From the NCBI GenBank assembly GCA_031549605.1, contig JAVBPM010000027.1:1338-65337 (forward strand): a DNA stretch of 64,000 nt, read 5' to 3'. The notes under the pieces are model-generated. The model did not search any database, was not told the origin of the DNA, and was given only the letters and a program-made list of their open reading frames with translations. The stretch is from Oscillospiraceae bacterium. Lineage in GTDB: Bacteria; Bacillota; Clostridia; Oscillospirales; UBA929. Made by a program: the position numbers and the translations under genes. Shown here piece by piece: positions 40,507-47,795 of this stretch (positions are counted from its first letter, which is position 1; each line of letters starts with the position of its first letter).

Positions 40507-40568
40507 AAAATTATACTCCTTTTTACAAGTGCTTACAATACTTCCACATAGGATTTATCGAAGCGCAT

Positions 40569-40784
40569 TCATTTGCGATTGCCCTTTTTGACTTTTACGC
40601 CCATCATAACGAAATAAATGGTAACGAACAGCAGAATAACGCCAACAATGGGAACGACAATGGACAAGGTATCGAAAAGTGAAGCCCTAGCTTTTTCGTC
40701 AGCCATAAGTCCCGGCGAATATTGACTGGCACTTTCTATGACACCCCAGACTGCGCCTTTGCTGTATGAATTGTGCTCTGGCAA
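40569..40784 (-). CDS. small membrane protein (71 aa)
   Basis: C-terminal TM helix IVVPIVGVILLFVTIYFVMMGV followed by a basic tail. Confidence 0.4.
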   Translation of the reverse strand: MPEHNSYSKGAVWGVIESASQYSPGLMADEKARASLFDTLSIVVPIVGVILLFVTIYFVMMGVKVKKGNRK

Positions 40785-40889
40785 TATGTAAAAAAGTCAG
40801 GTCAGTAATGACGCCAGAGAAAATGTCCCTGACACAATGGAAAAACGAAGAAACTTGTTCATTCTTTTACACTCTTTTCTGTCATGTAA

Positions 40890-41195
40890 TTACGATCGGT
40901 TGCTTTTCAGACCCAAATAGGCTAGTACGCCTGCACCAAACAGACCCAGCGCACGAATGGTCATGGCGATGCCACCATAGATACCGCCCAGCTCGGTGTA
41001 GTATGCCTCCTCTAAGGTCTTGCCGCCGACTGATTCAATCAGAGAAATCTCTTCGCCGTGGCTGGCTATCTGCCCTGCTGCTACCATGCAGAGCACCAAA
41101 ACAATAACGGCTAGAACGCAAAATATGATGAGCTTAAGCGGATTGTTTTGTTTGGCCGGTGGGAATGGGGTGGGCGCAAATGTTGGTTGGTTCAT
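40890..41195 (-). CDS. small membrane protein (101 aa)
   Basis: Two predicted TM helices. AAAGGAG RBS. Confidence 0.45.
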   Translation of the reverse strand: MNQPTFAPTPFPPAKQNNPLKLIIFCVLAVIVLVLCMVAAGQIASHGEEISLIESVGGKTLEEAYYTELGGIYGGIAMTIRALGLFGAGVLAYLGLKSNRS

Positions 41196-41223
41196 AATGA
41201 TGACTCCTTTTCTGAAATGTGTT

Positions 41224-41283
41224 TAGTGTCGTAACGACGTTTTGTGCCATAATGGGCTGGTATTGAGGCGTGTATTGGGGTTG
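41224..41283. repeat. 60-bp direct repeat, copy 1 (intergenic)
   Basis: 58/60 identical to 42748-42807, compared base by base. Confidence 0.9.
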
Positions 41284-41285
41284 CT

Positions 41286-41843
41286 TCATTGTTTTATGTA
41301 CTTGCTTATGTACTCAACAATCTGATTACGGCTGTTTTTAGGTTTTGATGTAAATGGGTTTGGGCTGTTGCATGCAAATTTGTATCTTTCGCCGTATCGC
41401 GTAGCTATTTCGAGGCCCGCGGCGGCAAGTGCCTTTGAGAAAGTAACATACGTAATGTCTTGTAGTGGTATGGCTAAATCAGTATTATTGCTTGCCAAAG
41501 ATAATAGCCCTTTGCCGACTGCATTTATGGCGGTGCTTTTTTCCCAAAGTAGACGCATATTTGTCAGAATTATATACCCGCTGTCTCGAGTGCCCTTGTA
41601 AATCGTACACAGCTGCTTGATAATAACGGCTTCACCCTGATAGAGAGGCGTCTTAATATTGGGCGCAATATAGCTGGCAGGCTGCTGCTGTTGAGTCGTT
41701 GCGCTAGCTTGTTCTGTGCTGTTTGCTGGAGCAGCTTGTTGTTGAATCGCTGTAGTATTGGGTTGCCTAATCTTTGTTCCACATTCTATGCAAAAATTAG
41801 ATGTGTCATTTAGTTGTGTTCCACATTGTTGACAAAATGGCAT
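41286..41843 (-). CDS. zinc-ribbon protein with a PH/GRAM-like C-terminal region
   Basis: MPFCQQCGTQLNDTSNFCIECGTKI zinc ribbon, a Q/A/T-rich linker, then a ~110-aa soluble domain. Confidence 0.5.
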   Translation of the reverse strand: MPFCQQCGTQLNDTSNFCIECGTKIRQPNTTAIQQQAAPANSTEQASATTQQQQPASYIAPNIKTPLYQGEAVIIKQLCTIYKGTRDSGYIILTNMRLLWEKSTAINAVGKGLLSLASNNTDLAIPLQDITYVTFSKALAAAGLEIATRYGERYKFACNSPNPFTSKPKNSRNQIVEYISKYIKQ

Positions 41844-41916
41844 ACATAACTATCCTTTCGATATATTAATCGGGTTTAACAACTGTCTATGATATTATGA
41901 GATGAGAATTGCAGAG

Positions 41917-42327
41917 TTAGTTATAAAGGCTTGTGCCGCAGCTTTGGCAAAATAATGAGCCTTTGTCATTTCTGACGCCGCATTGTGTGCAGTAAACAAA
42001 TGGATTGGTATTATTGTTTAAGGGCAAAATCGTGGGGGCACTTGAGGCGAAGGTGTGGTTTTTTCTGCTTCGTCGGGAAAACGCCATAATCAAAAGTACA
42101 ATGCTTGAGATTACGAAGAAGATGCAGAGCACATAAAACGCATTATAAAGAAAAATAATAGTATCCTCTTTGGAGGTGTCACCGAAAGCCTCAGCCAATG
42201 CATAGGTAGATCCAGAGACACGTTGTGAATATGCGGCAGCATAGCCAAAGAAAGACCCAATTGCCAAAAGAAAGGATATGCCTGACCACATGAATAGATT
42301 CTTTGGTTTTCTTCTCATATATGACAC
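41917..42327 (-). CDS. membrane protein with a C-terminal zinc ribbon
   Basis: Two TM helices, then YCTQCGVRNDKGSLFCQSCGTSL. Confidence 0.45.
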   Translation of the reverse strand: MSYMRRKPKNLFMWSGISFLLAIGSFFGYAAAYSQRVSGSTYALAEAFGDTSKEDTIIFLYNAFYVLCIFFVISSIVLLIMAFSRRSRKNHTFASSAPTILPLNNNTNPFVYCTQCGVRNDKGSLFCQSCGTSLYN

Positions 42328-42369
42328 CTGCTTGTACAGTGGAAATTAAGTATATGTTGTAGTGCTGAG

Positions 42370-42939
42370 CTAACGCACAGCTTGCCGTGCAACAAACCCT
42401 TGCTCTATTTGCAGGAAAGTCGCTTGGTTGCTCATTGCATAGTTGCGGACGGTAAAATCATAAATGGAGCCGGCGACTGCGATGATGCCGCCAAAGATGA
42501 GGTTGTATAACAACGTGGCAACCAAAGGCCCGACCGGCGTGTATTTAGCGACAATGCCCACTGGTCGTTGTAGGATTTCCGCCGAATAGGCTCTGTCCTT
42601 GCCGGAAAGAACAATGTTGACCACGCCAATGGCAATGATAATGCCTCCGCTAATCTCGTCTACCGACATTAAGAGAATGCCGCCTATTGCCAACTGCAGG
42701 ATGCCAATAATGAGCCATATCGTAGCCGATGTTTGAAGTTTTCCCGATAGTGTCGTAACGACGTTTTGTGACATAACGGGCTGGTATTGAGGCGTGTATT
42801 GGGGTTGGTACGGCTGCTGATACGGCTGCTGATACAGGGGAACGGGGGGTGGAGCGGTGGCGCTTTGTGATGCAACGCATTGTTGGCAGAGCGTGCCGTT
42901 TGAATTGAGCGATGTACCGCAGCTTGTACAGAATGGCAT
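42370..42939 (-). CDS. zinc-ribbon membrane protein
   Basis: ATG 42939 (AAAGGA 8 nt upstream). MPFCTSCGTSLNSNGTLCQQC, a PQY-rich linker, and three or four TM helices. Confidence 0.5.
   Translation of the reverse strand: MPFCTSCGTSLNSNGTLCQQCVASQSATAPPPVPLYQQPYQQPYQPQYTPQYQPVMSQNVVTTLSGKLQTSATIWLIIGILQLAIGGILLMSVDEISGGIIIAIGVVNIVLSGKDRAYSAEILQRPVGIVAKYTPVGPLVATLLYNLIFGGIIAVAGSIYDFTVRNYAMSNQATFLQIEQGFVARQAVR
42748..42807. repeat. 60-bp direct repeat, copy 2 (inside the CDS)
   Basis: Pairs with 41224-41283. Here it encodes ...PQYTPQYQPVMSQNVVTTL. Confidence 0.9.
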
Positions 42940-43076
42940 GGTGTTCATCCTTTCTACATATAATCTATTTGTCAAACTGTATCATATATAATTCCTATAG
43001 TCAATATTTACTTCTTTTAATTCATTACTCGACATGACGAAATCCGATATAATCAAACCTCAAGGGGGTGCAGGTG

Positions 43077-43403
43077 ATGTTTGACTATATCGCGTTGGGT
43101 GCTCGTATACGGACAAGTCGGACCAAAGCCGGGATGACGCAAGAGCAGCTTGGCGAGGCGACCGGTTTGTCCACCGCATTTATTGGCCACATTGAGCGCG
43201 GCACACGCAAACTGTCGGTTGAGTCGCTGGTTCAAATTGCCTCCTGTCTATCCGTCAGCGTCGACTATCTGCTACTGGACATGGCGCAGCCGGACAATCT
43301 GTTCAGCACTATATCGGCCAAGCTTGCCGCCACCAGTGCTGAGAAGCAAAAAGCTTTTTTGACCATGGTCAAGGCGATGGCTGAAAAAATTGACGAAATA
43401 TAA
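43077..43403 (+). CDS. XRE-family HTH transcriptional regulator
   Basis: MTQEQLGEATGLSTAFIGHIERGTRKLSVESL, an HTH_3-type motif. Confidence 0.7.
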   Translation: MFDYIALGARIRTSRTKAGMTQEQLGEATGLSTAFIGHIERGTRKLSVESLVQIASCLSVSVDYLLLDMAQPDNLFSTISAKLAATSAEKQKAFLTMVKAMAEKIDEI

Positions 43404-43482
43404 ACCGCCCTTGATGACAATATCATCTTGGGCGGTCTTTGTTACTTAGCTGTCTGTTTAGTAAACAATGGGCACAGGTGAG

Positions 43483-44181
43483 CTATAATGCTCGACGGAG
43501 CGAGAGTGCGTCTGAGAAGCGTTCTTCGGGGCTGGGTTGTACGCAGCGACGGATAATTTTTCCCAGCCGTCCGCGCGCACGCTGCTTGCTGTAATGCTCA
43601 CCGGTTAACATGACATTCATCAGCATGCCCAGCGCATATATGTCCGTCCGCTCGTCGGACTCCTTAAAACCGTATTGTTCCGGCGCAGCATATCCGGCCG
43701 TGCCAAGTAGCTGTGTATCCTTGCTTTGCGCTGGCTTCACCAGTCGACAGGCGTTGAAGTCAATCAGCTTAGTCATGCCGTTACAATCAACCATTACGTT
43801 CTCAGGTTTAATGTCTCGGTGGACGATACCCAGCGAGTGCAGCGCGGACAATGCATCGCAAAGCTGCTTGGACACCTGTCGTGTGCCCCGCTCGGTGTAG
43901 TGGCCCGTCTCCAGCACTTGGGCAACGGTACAGCCGTCTATGTATTCCTCCAGCACGGTAACGATGTTTTCACGCTGCACAACTTCGTAGATGCGCGGCA
44001 GGTGCGGGTGTGTGACGTTCAGTAAATGCCGATAGACTTCAGCGCTGCCCGTGAAGGTGCGCTTGACGATTGGCCAATGCAGCGTCTTGTGGCGAAGTAG
44101 CAGCACTTGAGACGAAGGCGTCTGCTTCAATGCCGTCACAAGCGTATATTGTTTATCTAAGGCGTCATTTAGCCAGTCCAT
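43483..44181 (-). CDS. stand-alone Ser/Thr protein kinase domain protein
   Basis: Start ATG 44181. Hanks motifs HRDIKPENVMV, DFN (DFG-like) and GTAGYAAPE. No sensor or TM region. Confidence 0.8.
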   Translation of the reverse strand: MDWLNDALDKQYTLVTALKQTPSSQVLLLRHKTLHWPIVKRTFTGSAEVYRHLLNVTHPHLPRIYEVVQRENIVTVLEEYIDGCTVAQVLETGHYTERGTRQVSKQLCDALSALHSLGIVHRDIKPENVMVDCNGMTKLIDFNACRLVKPAQSKDTQLLGTAGYAAPEQYGFKESDERTDIYALGMLMNVMLTGEHYSKQRARGRLGKIIRRCVQPSPEERFSDALSLRRAL

Positions 44182-44236
44182 CTTTTCACCCACTGTCGAT
44201 TCATGGTATACTGACATCATACTAGGAGGCGATGTA

Positions 44237-44659
44237 ATGGTCAAGAAGTCAACCGACGATTTGCTGGCAGAGTTGCAGGGGCAAAAACCGCTGGAGGCGT
44301 ACATCGCCGACAACCAGGACGCTTTCTATTCGAAGCAGCTGGCGCAAGTGCTGTGTCAGTTGGTGGAGGAAAAGCAGACAACCAAATATGAGGTCATCAA
44401 ACGTGCTGAGCTGACCGAGGTGTATGGCTATCAAATCTTTGCCGGGAAGCGGCTACCCTCGCGGGATAAGTTGCTCTGTTTGTGCATAGGGCTGGGTCTG
44501 TCAGTCGACGAAACCCAGCAACTGCTGAAGCAGGTGGGCATGGCGCCGTTGTATGCAAAGCTGAAGCGGGATAGTATTATTCTGTATGAGGTTGGCCACG
44601 GGCAGAATGTGGTGGCGATTAATGAGCGGTTGTATCTTGAAAATGAATTAACGTTATAA
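44237..44659 (+). CDS. HTH-domain protein (XRE-like)
   Basis: 140 aa. The segment KRAELTEVYGYQIFAGKRLPSRDKLLCLCIGLGLSVDETQQLL matches a common clostridial HTH family. Divergent from the kinase gene. Confidence 0.55.
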   Translation: MVKKSTDDLLAELQGQKPLEAYIADNQDAFYSKQLAQVLCQLVEEKQTTKYEVIKRAELTEVYGYQIFAGKRLPSRDKLLCLCIGLGLSVDETQQLLKQVGMAPLYAKLKRDSIILYEVGHGQNVVAINERLYLENELTL

Positions 44660-44724
44660 TAAGACTGTGCAAAACAGGCATCTCCCACAAACTGAAGGAG
44701 ATGCCTGTTTTGTTTTATTACCAT

Positions 44725-45453
44725 TTATTCATAGTCTTTAGACTCTACTTCAAAGCGCCTGAGGTCTTCCTGTTCTTCGGCGTCCAGTTGAGCCATTTTA
44801 TTGGAAACAGCTTCCATTCGTCTTCCCACCCGTTCGAATAGTGCAATAATATCATGTTCTTGATTCCTTGCAGCATAGCTATCTTTGTTCTTTTTATACA
44901 TTTCTTTGATAAGCTTCAAGACATCGCCAACGCAACTGTTCAGAGCATAGCCTAATAATAAATCGTTGTTCGCAAGCAAAGTGGCAAATTTGACATCAAT
45001 ATCACCATTGCTTTTGATTCTTGCCGAAGGTACAAATGACGTACTATAAGCGTATATTAGGTCGAAAAGTGCATCAGCAATTTCTTTGTTTTCTAATATT
45101 ACGTCCACCATGTCAAGACGGTGCTCGTTTTCTTTACGATTGACGGTAAGCCAGTTAATGGACTCATTTTTTAGACCTGTTTTGTCGTGTGCCTCAACAT
45201 TTTCAGGGGCAATACCAGTAAACAGCTCATCAATTGAAATGCCAAAAAATTTGGCGATGCAACTGAGATGGTACGCTGTGTACCTTGTGTCTCCATCCAA
45301 CAAGTTGTGGACAGTAGAGGGATCAACGCGTAAGTACGCTGCAAGATTGTTTTGTGCTATTCCGCCCCGTCTTAAATAACTGGATATAGTGTTGCTAATG
45401 GTTTTTTGTATTGCGGTGAGCTTGTCCTCGCGTTCAAGTAGACTGTCTTTCAT
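44725..45453 (-). CDS. XRE-family repressor-like protein
   Basis: N-terminal HTH (IAQNNLAAYLRVDPSTVHNLLDG) and a ~150-aa C-terminal domain. Divergent from the primase module, as for a phage cI. Confidence 0.65.
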   Translation of the reverse strand: MKDSLLEREDKLTAIQKTISNTISSYLRRGGIAQNNLAAYLRVDPSTVHNLLDGDTRYTAYHLSCIAKFFGISIDELFTGIAPENVEAHDKTGLKNESINWLTVNRKENEHRLDMVDVILENKEIADALFDLIYAYSTSFVPSARIKSNGDIDVKFATLLANNDLLLGYALNSCVGDVLKLIKEMYKKNKDSYAARNQEHDIIALFERVGRRMEAVSNKMAQLDAEEQEDLRRFEVESKDYE

Positions 45454-45593
45454 GATGGTTACCTCCTGAATTGTTGATGGTTTATAAATTATTGAGTGTT
45501 ATAAAAATCATATTGTGGTTTTATGACCTAGAGTCAAATGTGTGCTACTCTGCACTTGGTACAGGCAGTATTTATAGTGTTAGGAGGAAGAAG

Positions 45594-45770
45594 ATGGAAA
45601 ACGTTTATTTCTACGATGCAAAGCGCAACTGCGTAATTCCGCAGGTCATTAATCTTGGGGATCTGGGGGAGGATGAAAACCTATGGAAGTGGTTGAGGAT
45701 GGAAAGTGAGGCAATTATCAAGAGAGGCAGCAATGATAGTAATTGTCAGGGTGATTGCCATGAGGCGTGA
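45594..45770 (+). CDS. small hypothetical protein (58 aa)
   Basis: AGGAGG RBS before ATG 45594. Occupies the position of a cro/early gene. Confidence 0.35.
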   Translation: MENVYFYDAKRNCVIPQVINLGDLGEDENLWKWLRMESEAIIKRGSNDSNCQGDCHEA

Positions 45771-47133
45771 GACGTATCAGGATAATCCTGCAGTTTATGT
45801 CACAAAGGATGGGCGGGTTGTAGTTCTGCCACAAGAACGATACAAGCAGATAAAACAGGAGTACGACATCCGCAAATCGGACAAGGCGAACATCTGGGTC
45901 TATGAGAAATCGGGCGTTCATAGACTATATAGCGCATATGAAATGATGGCACTGATAAAAAGTACATTACCAGTAGAGTATCGCAGTGCCCATGATTGGA
46001 AAGCGGTTTACGATGAGTTGTTGACCGACAGGGCAAATGTCTCTGAAAGTGACTTCAATAATGATGAAAATATCGTCAATTTCCGAAACGGGGTTTTGGA
46101 CATTAGCACAGGGCAACTGTCACCCCATAACCCCAAGTACTTATCAACGATTCAGATTCCGTGCAATTACATACCATCCTCAACGTTGCAGGATTGCGCG
46201 ACTTTTAGCGCGTTTCTTGATCATCTCTGCGCCACTGATTGCGTGACAATTACTTTTTTGTTGGAGTTTTTAGGCGCAATTATTTCCAATGCAAAAGGAT
46301 GGCGTTTTAAGAAGATGCTACTGCTAGTCGGGGCAGGAAACACAGGGAAATCGGTTTTCCGAGAATTGGCAATGCATCTTGTGGGTTTGGAAAATTGTGT
46401 TTCTATTGATTTGAAGAAGCTTAATGAACGGTTTGGTACATCGGCACTGTACGGAAAACGTCTTGCTGGTAGTGGAGATATGGCATTTGTTGAATTGCCC
46501 GAGGTCAACATTTTAAAACAGTTGACAGGCGGAGATGAGTTGTTTGCAGAGTACAAGGGAAAAGATAGCTTTACGTTTCGATATGACGGGTTTATTTTTT
46601 GCAACTGCAATAAACTGCCTTACTTTCGATCCGACAGAGGAGCTCATGTTTACGAGCGGTTCTTAGTCGTTTGCTGTTCCAATGTAGTACCAGCGGAAGA
46701 GCGTGATCCCAAACTGCTTGACAAGCTTTTGGCTGAGAAAGACGCTATTGTGAGTGTGGCGATCAAAGAGTTTATGTCTGTCATTCAAAACGGGTACAGG
46801 TTTACCGAAAGTGAGGCTATGCAGATTGGCCGCGACTCGTATGAAATTGAGAACAACAGTCTTTTAACGTTTGTAAATGAGTGCTGCGAGCGGGGAGATA
46901 GTGTCATTAAGCGGTCAGAGTTTGGTAGGTATTACGCTAAATGGTGCAAAGCAAATTTTGTGCAAGCTGAACGGGCACGAGACATCGAACCACAGTTAGT
47001 GAGATTCTTTGGCATACAGTCGCATAAGCGAAATGGATACTATGTCTTCACTGGACTGGAAATTCGGATTGAAGTCGTTGATGAACTTGACGATGTGATG
47101 TATCCGGACAGTACGCGAAATCGTCGTAAATAG
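45733..47133 (+). CDS. phage/plasmid primase, P4-family (D5-like SF3 helicase C-terminal domain)
   Basis: Walker A LLLVGAGNTGKSVF and Walker B-like FIFCNCNKLP. Start at ATG 45733 (AGAGAGG RBS) preferred over 45706. Confidence 0.7.
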   Translation: MIVIVRVIAMRRETYQDNPAVYVTKDGRVVVLPQERYKQIKQEYDIRKSDKANIWVYEKSGVHRLYSAYEMMALIKSTLPVEYRSAHDWKAVYDELLTDRANVSESDFNNDENIVNFRNGVLDISTGQLSPHNPKYLSTIQIPCNYIPSSTLQDCATFSAFLDHLCATDCVTITFLLEFLGAIISNAKGWRFKKMLLLVGAGNTGKSVFRELAMHLVGLENCVSIDLKKLNERFGTSALYGKRLAGSGDMAFVELPEVNILKQLTGGDELFAEYKGKDSFTFRYDGFIFCNCNKLPYFRSDRGAHVYERFLVVCCSNVVPAEERDPKLLDKLLAEKDAIVSVAIKEFMSVIQNGYRFTESEAMQIGRDSYEIENNSLLTFVNECCERGDSVIKRSEFGRYYAKWCKANFVQAERARDIEPQLVRFFGIQSHKRNGYYVFTGLEIRIEVVDELDDVMYPDSTRNRRK

Positions 47134-47291
47134 GCTAGTTCGGGGTGGCAGGGGCAAAGTGGAAACTACTTCTTTAAATAATTGACTTTTAATTGGTGCC
47201 AAGCTTTTATTTCTTTGCCCTCAGAACCCTGTTGCGGCTTGTTGTAGTCATTGGAGTGATAAAGCATTTTTGATAGAAAGGGGGGCAGGTA

Positions 47292-47459
47292 GTGAAAGTG
47301 ATAGTACACAGGTCGGAAAAGCTAGAAGATAGAGATACGCTAACTGAAATAGTTTCGCATATATATGGTTTAGCAATAGCGAATTATTTACATAAGCTGC
47401 CTTGTCCTCTGGATCAAAAGGTAAGTCTGCTAAAGTTGCTGCAGGATAAGCACAGGTGA
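47292..47459 (+). CDS. possible small protein (55 aa)
   Basis: GTG 47292, 6 nt after AAAGGGGGG. VKVIVHRSEKLEDRDTLTEIVSHIYGLAIANYLHKLPCPLDQKVSLLKLLQDKHR reads more protein-like than the track's antisense ORF 47248-47511. Confidence 0.25.
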   Translation: MKVIVHRSEKLEDRDTLTEIVSHIYGLAIANYLHKLPCPLDQKVSLLKLLQDKHR

Positions 47460-47515
47460 AACAGATTGCTCGAAATAAATAACGTCCATCAATTGATGCT
47501 AAAGATAGCACAATA

Positions 47516-47560
47516 AAGTGGGTGTAATACTAAGCTGACAGCTTAGTATTACACCCACTT
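47516..47560. repeat. perfect 22-bp-arm palindrome/hairpin
   Basis: aagtgggtgtaatactaagctg-a-cagcttagtattacacccactt. Sits at the left edge of the AT-rich island. Confidence 0.9.
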
Positions 47561-47618
47561 AGCTTTGCCGATCCATGTGCGATGCCAAATGTTGTCGAAA
47601 TATGAGGAGAAAAAAGTC

Positions 47619-47647
47619 TTTTCATACCGAAATACATCGTATATAAT
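47619..47647 (+). promoter_or_regulatory. candidate outward promoter facing IR-L
   Basis: TTTTCA-17 nt-TATAAT, 76 nt upstream of IR-L. Confidence 0.35.
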
Positions 47648-47722
47648 AAATGGTAATTAGGTTACAGTTCTATGTGCAAAAGGGCTTGTAATTCTGGCAG
47701 TGCAAAATGAAGATTTAAAAGT

Positions 47723-47780
47723 CAATGCAGGATAATACCAGATTATCTATTGTTTACAGGTCAAATAATTTGTAATTATC
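47723..47780 (+). repeat. 58-bp inverted repeat, left copy (IR-L)
   Basis: caatgcaggataataccagattatctattgtttacaggtcaaataatttgtaattatc. Its reverse complement equals 52819-52876 exactly (58/58, checked base by base). Confidence 0.95.
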
Positions 47781-47795
47781 CTTATAAAAGAGAGG

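Noticed and set aside
47439-47448. tgcaggataa, a possible partial third copy of the IR end
   Set aside because: Only 10 bp match the 58-bp repeat, and they lie inside a possible small ORF. This is within chance expectation for AT-rich DNA.
47248-47511. 87-aa minus-strand track ORF
   Set aside because: It has a GTG start without an SD and hydrophobic, low-information sequence. The opposite strand has a better small ORF (47292-47459) with an SD.
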